NCBI GenBank assembly: GCA_020851325.1
Contig: JADZCY010000212.1
Location: 8,619 to 72,618 of the forward strand
Direction: 5' to 3'
DNA from: Acidobacteriota bacterium
GTDB taxonomy: Bacteria; Acidobacteriota; Vicinamibacteria; Vicinamibacterales; UBA2999
Length of the DNA: 64,000 bases
Shown: positions 43,760 to 51,921 of the stretch, piece after piece
Numbering within the stretch: the stretch's first letter is position 1
Layout: the number at the start of each line of letters is the position of its first letter
Made by a program: the position numbers and the translations under genes
The notes under the pieces: generated by a model
Database searches by the model: none
The model's input: only the letters and a program-made list of their open reading frames with translations
What the model was told of the DNA's origin: nothing

Positions 43760-43839
43760 CCGACTCGGTTTTGCGCCCGCGGGGCCTCCCAGCCCCCTCG
43801 GATTCCAAACCCCAAACCTCTCCCCCAACGCTTGAAAGG

Positions 43840-45207
43840 ATGTTTGCGATGTTGGTGTGGGCAAAAACGGTGCGGGCGTGGACGGCATCCGGGTTGATGG
43901 CGCTGCTGCTCGGCCTCGGCGCGGTGGTTCTCCTGGCGGCGCCCGTGGCTCCCGCGCTCAACGCGCCGGCGGTATCGGGCCAGCGCGTCACGTTGTCGTG
44001 GAACGCGGTGCCGGGCGCCCTGGGCTATCGCCTCTCGGTGGGCGTCAACCCGAGCGCACCGGCATACGCGCAGAACGTCGGCCCGGCTACTTCCTACACA
44101 TTCGATTCGCCGTTCACCGGCACCGGCTGGGTGGCCGTGCAGGCGTACGACGCCTCGGGCCTCAGCCCGTACTCGAACGTCGTGCAACTGGTAATCGGCG
44201 GCGCGGCCGGCACACCCGCTGCCCCGCAGGATCTGCAGTACGGCATCAGCGGCCGGAACGTCGTGCTGTCGTGGCGCGCCGGCATGGGCGGCTCGGCGCC
44301 GCTCGGCGTGCTGCTCGAAGCCGGCACCAGTCCCGGGGCCGCCAACCTCGGCAGCATTCCGCTGCCCATCAGCACGCAGACCACGGTGCCGAACGTCCCG
44401 AACGGCACCTACTACGCGCGTGTCTACGCGGTGAACGCGTCGGGCCGCAGCGCACCGTCGAACGAAGTGCGCATCGACATGCCCGGTGGTGGCGGTCCCT
44501 GCGTGCCGCCGCCGGCGTCGTCACTCGCGGCGTCGGTGAATGGCCAGACCGTGGGCTTTGCCTGGTCGCCGGTGGTGGGTGTGGCCGGCTACAACCTCGA
44601 AGTGTCGCTGAGCCCGACATCGCCCGCCGTGCTGTCGCAGACGTTCGGCCCAGGCACGACAAGCTTTGCCTATCCCAATGCGCCGGCCGGCACCTACTAC
44701 GCCCGCGTTGTCACCGGCGCCGCCTGCGGCGCGCAGACGGGATCGAACGTGGTGCCGCTGACGGTGACGGGGCCGCCGCCGGGAACCGGTCCGCGCACGC
44801 CCAACCCGCCGCCGGGACAGCGCCTGCCGCTGCCGAACATGTCGAGCGTCGTCGAGGCGATCGCGCGTGCCTATCCGAACGAGCTGCGGAACTCGTGCCG
44901 CGAGCACGGCGGCAACAACGCCTGGATGTTCCGGCTGGTGCAGGAACTGCGTCGTCACGACACGCGGTGGGGGTTGAACTGGAAACGCGGCAACCGCGGC
45001 GACATGTCGCAGGATGCCATCGACTACAACTTCGGTTCAACGGCGGATGAAGACACGACGAATGTCTACATCATCGACGTCATCGGCGGGCACTGCGGAG
45101 GCAACCCCGGGCCGACGTGGATCGACCAGACGCAGGCCACGGCTGACAAGGGTGAGATTGGTCGCTGGACGCTGCAGCCGTACATCGCGGCGGGCGGACA
45201 ACCCTAG
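43840..45207 (+). CDS. secreted protein: 3 FN3-like modules + unplaced conserved C-terminal domain (paralog 1)
   Basis: Signal/TM N-terminus. Three modules of about 95 aa (..LSW..V.GA.GY.L......GTYYARV.A.N.SG.S..SN.V). Linker GPRTPNPPPGQRLPLP, then C-domain SCREHGGNNAWMF...RWGLNWKRGNRGDMSQD...IGGHCGGNP. AAGGA SD before the ATG. Confidence 0.75.
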   Translation: MFAMLVWAKTVRAWTASGLMALLLGLGAVVLLAAPVAPALNAPAVSGQRVTLSWNAVPGALGYRLSVGVNPSAPAYAQNVGPATSYTFDSPFTGTGWVAVQAYDASGLSPYSNVVQLVIGGAAGTPAAPQDLQYGISGRNVVLSWRAGMGGSAPLGVLLEAGTSPGAANLGSIPLPISTQTTVPNVPNGTYYARVYAVNASGRSAPSNEVRIDMPGGGGPCVPPPASSLAASVNGQTVGFAWSPVVGVAGYNLEVSLSPTSPAVLSQTFGPGTTSFAYPNAPAGTYYARVVTGAACGAQTGSNVVPLTVTGPPPGTGPRTPNPPPGQRLPLPNMSSVVEAIARAYPNELRNSCREHGGNNAWMFRLVQELRRHDTRWGLNWKRGNRGDMSQDAIDYNFGSTADEDTTNVYIIDVIGGHCGGNPGPTWIDQTQATADKGEIGRWTLQPYIAAGGQP

Positions 45208-45213
45208 GAGTCT

Positions 45214-45277
45214 GGTGGGCTGGGGGGCTGGAGGACTGGGGGCTCGAGGACTTGGGGGCCGGAGGCTGGAGAGCTGG
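45214..45277 (+). repeat. G-rich 8-bp-period repeat (same family as 20558)
   Basis: GGTGGGCTGGGGGGCTGGAGGACTGGGGGCTCGAGGACTTGGGGGCCGGAGGCTGGAGAGCTGG. Confidence 0.75.
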
Positions 45278-45411
45278 CCGCGCCTGAAGGCCGGAGAGCG
45301 ACAGGCCGAGAAGTCGGAAGCCACCCGGGGGATCGAGACCACTCCCCACTTTGTTCTGAACGTGTGTTGGTGCAACCGGGCGCCCGTGGCCCTGACCGAA
45401 AGGATGGCTGA

Positions 45412-46770
45412 ATGAAGAGACTGCAGTTCCCCCTGACTCACGTTGCCGCGGCCGTGCTGGCGGCGGTCGTGGGTGCGTCGGTGCTGACGCACGCGCAGGT
45501 GACCCCGCCGACGCTGACCGCGTCGGCCGTGGGTGCGACCGTAAACTTCTCGTGGACCCCGGTGGCCGACGCCACCGAATATGTGCTGCAGGCCGGCGTT
45601 GCGCCCGGCAACTACATCCTGACGGTCCCGGTGGGACTGACGACGGCAACGTCAGCGCAGGCACCCGCCGTCGGCACCTACTATGCGCGCGTCGGCGCCC
45701 GGACGCCGAGCGGCGATGTGTGGTCCGCCGGCATTCCCATCACGGTGACCGCGATGGTCGCGCCTCCGACGGCGCCCACGGCACTCACCACGTATCTGAA
45801 CGGACGGTCCGCGCTGATTACCTGGACTCCGGGCGTCGGCGGGGGCGCTCCGAGCGGCTATATCCTGCACGCCGGCACCACCCCGGGCGGCACGGAGCAC
45901 GGCGTGTTTCCGCTGGGCGCGACGCCGCAGTTGGCCGTGCCGAACCTCGGCGCCGGCGACTACCACCTGCGTCTCTTCGCGGTGAACGCCGGCGGTGTGA
46001 GCCCGGCGTCGAACGACACGCTGCTCAGCATGCCCCAGGGCGGCGGCTGCTCGGTGCCGCCGGCGCGCGACTTCACGTTCTTCTCATTCGGCCGCTTCGC
46101 GCAGTTCACGTGGCTGCCGGTGCCCGGCGCGTCGGGATACCGCATTGACGTGGCGACGTCGCCCGGCGGCGCGCCCGCAGCGTCGCAGACGTTCGCGGCG
46201 AACGCCGGGAACTGGAGCATTACCGGCGCTCCGCTCGGCACCTTCCACGCCAAACTGACTACCGCGGTGTCGTGCGGTCAGCAGGCGACGAGCGCGGAGA
46301 AGCCGATCGTCCTCGACGGTGCACCGCCACCGGGACCGCGCGCGCCCAATCCGGCACCCGGGCAGCGGCTGCCGTTCCCGTCCTGGGGCGAGGCCGTGGT
46401 CGAACAGCTCGCCGCCGAACGGCGGGACCTGCTCTTCCAGTCGTGCACCGAGCACGGCGGCAACAACCGCTTCATGTTCGAACTCGTCCGCCGTTTGCGC
46501 CAGCGTGACAACCGCTTCGGCCTGAATTGGAAGCGCGGCAACTACGGCGACCTGTCGCAGGACATCGTCAACTACAACTTCGGCAGCGAGCCGGACGAGG
46601 GCACCGAGAACGTCTACATCGTCGACATCATCGGCGGCCACTGCGGCTCGAATCCGTCGGCGGCGTGGATCAATCAAACCGACGCGACTCGCGCGGCGGG
46701 TACTAAAGGCGTGTGGACGCTGCTCCCGTACATGAACGCGGGGTTCCCGATCGTTTCCGATCAGCAGTAA
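45412..46770 (+). CDS. secreted protein: 3 FN3-like modules + same C-terminal domain (paralog 2)
   Basis: Signal peptide (..VLTHA-QV). Linker GPRAPNPAPGQRLPFP. C-domain SCTEHGGNNRFMF...RFGLNWKRGNYGDLSQD...IGGHCGSNP. Confidence 0.75.
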   Translation: MKRLQFPLTHVAAAVLAAVVGASVLTHAQVTPPTLTASAVGATVNFSWTPVADATEYVLQAGVAPGNYILTVPVGLTTATSAQAPAVGTYYARVGARTPSGDVWSAGIPITVTAMVAPPTAPTALTTYLNGRSALITWTPGVGGGAPSGYILHAGTTPGGTEHGVFPLGATPQLAVPNLGAGDYHLRLFAVNAGGVSPASNDTLLSMPQGGGCSVPPARDFTFFSFGRFAQFTWLPVPGASGYRIDVATSPGGAPAASQTFAANAGNWSITGAPLGTFHAKLTTAVSCGQQATSAEKPIVLDGAPPPGPRAPNPAPGQRLPFPSWGEAVVEQLAAERRDLLFQSCTEHGGNNRFMFELVRRLRQRDNRFGLNWKRGNYGDLSQDIVNYNFGSEPDEGTENVYIVDIIGGHCGSNPSAAWINQTDATRAAGTKGVWTLLPYMNAGFPIVSDQQ

Positions 46771-46876
46771 CCCGCCGCTGAACGTGCGAGATTTTATGGG
46801 GCCACCTCAACCGGGTGGCCCCATAATTGTCGGGGTTGCGAGGTCGCCGTGCCGGCGCCTCCTGGAGCCCGATCGC

Positions 46877-48211
46877 ATGAAGAAGACTTTGCTCGCGGCG
46901 CTGCTTGGCGCTGCCGCCCTCCTCGTCAGTCCGTCCTTCGCCCTCGCGCAGTCCGCGCCTGTCCTCACCGTCGATGTGTCCGGCAACAACGTCGGCGCGT
47001 CATGGACCGCTGTTGCCGGCTCCACCGGCTACCGCGTCGACGTCGGCACCTACTCGGCCGGCACCAACGTCATCTCCGCCACCATCAACGGACTCTCCGC
47101 CGGCGGCGCGCTCGGCGTCGGCACCTACTTCATTCGCGTCTACCCGGTCGCCGGCTCGACGCTCGGTCCGGTGTCCAACGAGGTGCAGTTCAACGTTGGC
47201 ACGCCGCGGCCGGGCGCGCCCATCGCGCCCGCCGCCACAATGGACGGCTCGACGCTGGTGTTCACGTGGGCGCCGCCGACCACGGGTGGCGCGCCGACGA
47301 CCTACGTCCTGCAGGCCGGGACGCAGTTCGACTGGGCCAACCTGGCGACGCTGAACGTCGGCAATGTCGCGACCTACTCGGTCCCGAACGTCGCCGGACT
47401 GTTGCCCGCGGGCACCTACTTCGCGCGCGTGATGGCCGCCAACGGCACCGGCGCCAGCGATCCGTCGGAGGAGATTGTGTTCACGATTGGCAATCTCCCC
47501 GGCGTGCCGACGCCGAATGCGCCGACCGTGAGCGGGAACAACGTCACGCTGTCGTGGAATCCGCCCGCCGGCGGCCTGCCTGTCACGAACTACCGCATCG
47601 AAGGTGCCTACGGCGACTACCGCAACCTCGGCACCGCCGCAACACTCGACGGCAGCGCGACGTCGTACTCGGCCAATCTGCCCAACGGCTCGTACTACTG
47701 GCGCGTGCGCGCCTTCAACGGCACCACGCCCGGCGCCGTGTTCGGCACCGCGTCGTTTGCCGTCGGGCCAACCGATCCGCCGCCGGCTGGTCCGCGCACG
47801 CCCAACCCGGCCACCGGCCGCCGGCTGCCCAAGCCTTCGTACGGCGAAAGCGTCGCCCGTGCCATGGCCACGGCGTATCCCTTCGATCTCGCCAACTCGT
47901 GCCACGAAACCGGCGGCACGAACCACTGGATGTTCAAGGTGATTCGTGAACTGCGCCACATCGACACGCGCTGGATTCTCAACTGGAAGCGCGGCAACAC
48001 CGGCGACCTCTCGCAGGACATCGCCAACTACAACTACGGATCGCTGCCGGACGAAGGCACGATTGACGTCTATCTGTGGGACATCATTGGCGGACACTGC
48101 GGCGGGCGTCCGACCTGGAACTGGTCGGACGTCACCGACGCCACGGCGCGCGGCAACACCATCGGCCGCGGCACGCTGCGCCCCTACATCGCCGCCGGCT
48201 ACACGCCGTAG
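46877..48211 (+). CDS. secreted protein: 3 FN3-like modules + same C-terminal domain (paralog 3)
   Basis: MKKTLLAALLGAAALLVSPSFALA-QS. Linker GPRTPNPATGRRLPKP. C-domain SCHETGGTNHWMF...RWILNWKRGNTGDLSQD...IGGHCGGRP. Confidence 0.75.
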   Translation: MKKTLLAALLGAAALLVSPSFALAQSAPVLTVDVSGNNVGASWTAVAGSTGYRVDVGTYSAGTNVISATINGLSAGGALGVGTYFIRVYPVAGSTLGPVSNEVQFNVGTPRPGAPIAPAATMDGSTLVFTWAPPTTGGAPTTYVLQAGTQFDWANLATLNVGNVATYSVPNVAGLLPAGTYFARVMAANGTGASDPSEEIVFTIGNLPGVPTPNAPTVSGNNVTLSWNPPAGGLPVTNYRIEGAYGDYRNLGTAATLDGSATSYSANLPNGSYYWRVRAFNGTTPGAVFGTASFAVGPTDPPPAGPRTPNPATGRRLPKPSYGESVARAMATAYPFDLANSCHETGGTNHWMFKVIRELRHIDTRWILNWKRGNTGDLSQDIANYNYGSLPDEGTIDVYLWDIIGGHCGGRPTWNWSDVTDATARGNTIGRGTLRPYIAAGYTP

Positions 48212-48231
48212 TTCAGATTGGGCTCAAGATT

Positions 48232-48370
48232 GGGGTCAGGTCACGATTCGGGAGTCCGGCGACGACTGACGACTCACGAATCGTGACCTGACCCCGGCTC
48301 GTCGTGACCCCGTGACCCCGGCTCGTCGTGACCCCGGCTCGTCGTGACTCACGAATCGTGACCTGACCCC
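48232..48370 (+). repeat. perfect 19-bp inverted repeat with a duplicated right arm, plus a 16-mer tandem repeat
   Basis: GGGGTCAGGTCACGATTCG (48232-48250) is complementary to CGAATCGTGACCTGACCCC at both 48277-48295 and 48352-48370. GGCTCGTCGTGACCCC x3 lies between the two right arms. Confidence 0.85.
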
Positions 48371-48403
48371 CAGGCTATAGACCCCCGGCTATACGGCGCG
48401 GTT

Positions 48404-48412
48404 TGGTACAAT
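48404..48412 (+). promoter_or_regulatory. candidate extended -10 (TGGTACAAT) upstream of the matrixin-like gene
   Basis: TGnTACAAT lies 40 nt upstream of the ATG at 48452. No -35 match. Pattern match only. Confidence 0.25.
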
Positions 48413-48451
48413 GACCCATCCCGCGACCGTCCCCGCCGCGGCCTGAACTCC

Positions 48452-50440
48452 ATGCCAATTCGCCTGCTCGTCGCGCTGCTCTTCACCCTGCTCGTCCAGA
48501 CGCCGCAGGCTCAGCAACCGCCGTCCGCCGTGGCCGACCTTGCCGACGCCTCTGCCGTGGTCGTGACGGGTGCCGTCGAGGCGATGGCGGCTGGCGAGGA
48601 TCAGGGCGCCATTTACACCTACGTCACCGTCCGCGTGGACGAGGTGCTGAAGGGCGCCGTCCCGGCGCGCACGGTGGTGGTGAAACAACTCGGCGGCACG
48701 CTGCCGCAGCTGGGCCTCTACATTGCCGATCAGGCGCGCTTTGCCGCCGGCGAGTCGGTACTGCTCTTCCTCAACAGCCGCCCGCGCGATGGTTCGCTCT
48801 ACACGGTCGGCCTCGGCCGCGGCAAGTGGACGGTGCTGCCCGACATCCGCGGCGGCGGGCTGGCCGCGATCCAAGGCTCGCTCGCAACGGGGCTTGACGA
48901 TACGACACGCGCCGCGATCGCCGCGTCGCGCCCGCACGCCGCGAACTTCGTCGCCATCCCGGCCGACGCGCCGACGCCGGACAGCCCCGGCTACACGTTC
49001 ATCCCCGGCAGCGAAGGCGGTCCCGCGCGCTGGCATCAGGCCGACGATGGCGTGAGCGTGCCGGTGGACTTCCAGACGATTCCCGGCGGCTTGCCCGGCG
49101 ACGCCAGCGCTGCACTCAATCGCGCCATCGGCGCCTGGAACGGCGTCGGCTCGCAACTGCAGCTCGCCCGCGCGCAGACCGGCCCGCACACCTGCCCATC
49201 CACCGGATTCAGCGGCAACGGACGCATCGGCCTTTACTGGAACGACCCCTGCGGCGAAATTCCCGACGGCGACTCCGCCACCTTCGGCATGGGCGGCGGC
49301 TTCTTCACGCCCGGCTTCCAGAAGACGATCAACGGCGTCACGTTCAACGCGTTCGTGCAGGGCCTGGCGATCCTGAACAACAGCGGACCGCACCTCGCCA
49401 CGGCGGCGTGTCTGGAAGACGCGTTGACGCACGTGCTCGGTCACGCGGTGGGCCTCGGGCACTCCGGCGACGGCAACGCCGTGATGTATACGACGCTGCG
49501 CTCCAGTTGCACTGGCGGATCCACCGGGCTCGGCACCGACGATGTGAACGGGCTGGGTGCGATTTATCCGGACATCCCGAGTGGCGGCCTGCCACCGCAG
49601 GCGCCAACGGCCATCACCAATACCGTGTCGCTCGACTCGGTAACGCTGTCGTGGACGCCGGCCACCAGCGGCGGGCCGGCGCAGAGCTACATCCTCGAGG
49701 CCGGGACGTCGGAGCAGCAGCCGAACAACATCGCGGTGCTGCCGCTGCCGAACGCCAACACATCGACGGTGGTCGGCGCGGTGCCGCCCGGCGTCTACTA
49801 CGTCCGCGTTCGCGCTCGCAACGTGCTTGGCACGAGCGCGCTGTCGCCGGCCACGGTGGTGACCGTCGGCCCGTGTCAGGCGCCCGCCGCACCGACAGGA
49901 CTGGCTTACACGAACGCCGACGGCTTTGTCGGCATCACGTGGAACCCGCCGGCCTCCGGCGTCACGCAGGGCTACCTGCTGTCGGCTGGGATGTCGCCCG
50001 GTGCATCCGACGCGCTGGTGCTGCCGCTCGGTCCGACGCCGGCCTTCGCGGGCACGGCGCCCCCCGGTGATTACTACGTGCGTGTCGCGGCGCGAAACTC
50101 CTGCGCCACGGGTCCCGCGTCGTCGCCCGATCTCGTCGTCCAGGTACGCGCCTGCACCGCGCCGCCGCTCGCGCCGGCGAATCTCTCGTTCACGCGCGCC
50201 GGCAACACCGTGACGCTCAACTGGACCGGGCCCACATCCGGTAACCTGCCGTCCCGGTATCAGATTCACGCCGGCAGCGGGCCTGGTGCCTCCAACATCC
50301 TCGTCTACGAAACGACCAACCCGGCCACGTCGTTCCAGGCCTTTGCACCCGCCGGCACCTATTACGTCCGCATCGTCAGCCGCAACAACTGCGGCTCGAG
50401 CAGTACCGCGTCCAACGAAGTGCAGGTGGTGGTGCCATGA
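48452..50440 (+). CDS. secreted matrixin (M10)-like protein with Glu-to-Val in the zinc motif, plus 3 FN3-like modules
   Basis: Signal peptide. Motif THVLGHAVGLGHSGDGNAVMY fits HExxHxxGxxH-S-x5-A-x-M-Y except that the catalytic E is V (codon GTG at 49433-49435). Three C-terminal modules have the same flavour as in the paralogs. Confidence 0.75.
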   Translation: MPIRLLVALLFTLLVQTPQAQQPPSAVADLADASAVVVTGAVEAMAAGEDQGAIYTYVTVRVDEVLKGAVPARTVVVKQLGGTLPQLGLYIADQARFAAGESVLLFLNSRPRDGSLYTVGLGRGKWTVLPDIRGGGLAAIQGSLATGLDDTTRAAIAASRPHAANFVAIPADAPTPDSPGYTFIPGSEGGPARWHQADDGVSVPVDFQTIPGGLPGDASAALNRAIGAWNGVGSQLQLARAQTGPHTCPSTGFSGNGRIGLYWNDPCGEIPDGDSATFGMGGGFFTPGFQKTINGVTFNAFVQGLAILNNSGPHLATAACLEDALTHVLGHAVGLGHSGDGNAVMYTTLRSSCTGGSTGLGTDDVNGLGAIYPDIPSGGLPPQAPTAITNTVSLDSVTLSWTPATSGGPAQSYILEAGTSEQQPNNIAVLPLPNANTSTVVGAVPPGVYYVRVRARNVLGTSALSPATVVTVGPCQAPAAPTGLAYTNADGFVGITWNPPASGVTQGYLLSAGMSPGASDALVLPLGPTPAFAGTAPPGDYYVRVAARNSCATGPASSPDLVVQVRACTAPPLAPANLSFTRAGNTVTLNWTGPTSGNLPSRYQIHAGSGPGASNILVYETTNPATSFQAFAPAGTYYVRIVSRNNCGSSSTASNEVQVVVP

Positions 50441-51741
50441 GCCGAGCGCGCGTGCGGTGGTCGTTGTCGCTGGTCGCGCTGGTGATGCCGCTGGCGGCGG
50501 CCATGCCCGCCGTGCTGGCGGGTGATCAATCGGCGCCTGCTCCCACTGCTGTCGCCGCTGACGCGCCGACCTACGTGCGCGACATCGCGCCGCTCCTGAA
50601 CGAACACTGCGTCGAATGTCATCGCCCCGGCCAGATGGCGCCGATGTCGTTTCTCACCTACGAGGCCACGCGTCCGTGGGCGCGCGCCATCCAGCGTCAG
50701 GTGGTCGGCCGGACGATGCCGCCATGGGGTGCGGATCCGGCAGTGGGCCACTTCGCGAACGATCCGAGTCTGTCCGCCGACGCCATTTCGACGATCACGC
50801 GCTGGGTGGACGCCGGAGCGCCGCGCGGTGAGGGCGCGCCGCCCGCGCCGCCGGCCGCACAGTCCGACGAATGGCGCATCGGCACGCCGGATCTGATCCT
50901 GTCGATGGACGAGTCCTTCCCCATTCCCGCGACGGGGATCATCGAATACCAGTACTTCAAGGTGCCGACGCACTTGAAGGAAGACCGCTGGGTGACCGCC
51001 GTGGAGATTCGTCCCGGCGAGCCGCGGGCCGTGCATCACCTCCGCATCTTCGCGCAAGGGCCTGAACGCGACACGCGACCCGTCCCGACCGGCCGCGAGA
51101 TGTATTGCATCGACGAAGTGTGTGGCAATCTCGAACCGCCGCTGATTGGCTGGGGACCGAACCTCGCCTCCGTCGCGGTCGGCACGCGGCCCGAAGTGTA
51201 CGAGCTCGGCTCCGGCAAGCTGCTGAAGGCCGGCTCGGTGCTGACGCTGCACACGCACTACACCTCGTTTGGCGAAGCCAGCACGGACCGCACGCGCGTC
51301 GGTCTCCGCTTCGCGAAGACGCCGCCGAAGGTGCAGTTGAAAACGGTGTCGATGGCGCAGGAACAGTTCGCGATTCCGCCGGGCGATGCCAATCATGTCG
51401 TGAACGCCTCGCTCGAGTTCCGCGAACCGGTGCAGCTGCACAGTCTCGGCCCGCACGCGCACCTGCGTGGCCGCAGCTGGCGCTTCTGGCTGCAGACGCC
51501 GGACGGCACGCGCACCGAACTCCTCTCCGTCCCGCGCTTCGACTTCGACTGGCAGTTGCACTACGTGTTCAAGGATCCGATTGCGGTTCCGGCCGGCTCG
51601 AAGCTCGAAGGCACGGCGACGTTCGACAACTCGCCGGGGAACGTCAACAACCCCGACGCCACCGCCACCGTGCGCTGGGGCCCGCTGACGGTGGACGAGA
51701 TGATGTTCGCGTCGGTCGTCTACAGCGCCGACAAGAAATAG
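50437..51741 (+). CDS. heme-c domain fused to PHM/DBH-like copper type II monooxygenase fold
   Basis: Signal peptide. CVECH (50608-50622) followed by MPPW. His/Met pattern is HH(200-201), HTH(272-274), HAH(340-342), EMM(421-423), with spacing close to the PHM CuH/CuM ligands. ATGA overlap with the upstream gene. Confidence 0.7.
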   Translation: MSRARVRWSLSLVALVMPLAAAMPAVLAGDQSAPAPTAVAADAPTYVRDIAPLLNEHCVECHRPGQMAPMSFLTYEATRPWARAIQRQVVGRTMPPWGADPAVGHFANDPSLSADAISTITRWVDAGAPRGEGAPPAPPAAQSDEWRIGTPDLILSMDESFPIPATGIIEYQYFKVPTHLKEDRWVTAVEIRPGEPRAVHHLRIFAQGPERDTRPVPTGREMYCIDEVCGNLEPPLIGWGPNLASVAVGTRPEVYELGSGKLLKAGSVLTLHTHYTSFGEASTDRTRVGLRFAKTPPKVQLKTVSMAQEQFAIPPGDANHVVNASLEFREPVQLHSLGPHAHLRGRSWRFWLQTPDGTRTELLSVPRFDFDWQLHYVFKDPIAVPAGSKLEGTATFDNSPGNVNNPDATATVRWGPLTVDEMMFASVVYSADKK

Positions 51742-51744
51742 CGG

Positions 51745-51903
51745 GACACAGGAAACCGCGAAGACACGAAGGGGCACGACCCTTCGACGTCGCTCAGGGC
51801 AAGCGAACGCGAAGGACGCAAAGGTTGCAGAGGGGCCAGACCAGTCTTTGTGCCCTTCGCGCCCTTCGCGGTCAGCAGAGGATCTTCGTGCCATCGTGGT
51901 TTC
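51745..51903 (+). repeat. CACGAAGG-family element with conserved core, copy A (upstream of the SDR gene)
   Basis: Core ACCCTTCGACGTCGCTCAGGGCAAGCG (51779-51805), GCCCTTCGCGCCCTTCGCGG, and CTTCGTGCCATCGTGGTTTC. Confidence 0.75.
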
Positions 51904-51921
51904 ATTGCCGGAGGCCACACC

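Noticed and set aside
43840-51741. Interpretation of the FN3/matrixin/monooxygenase island as a mobile element, prophage, or defence island.
   Set aside because: No integrase, transposase, phage structural, nuclease, ATPase, or toxin-antitoxin signatures are present. By eye, GC content and codon style match the flanks. The only tRNA is 3.4 kb away, with no flanking direct repeat of its 3' end that I could see.
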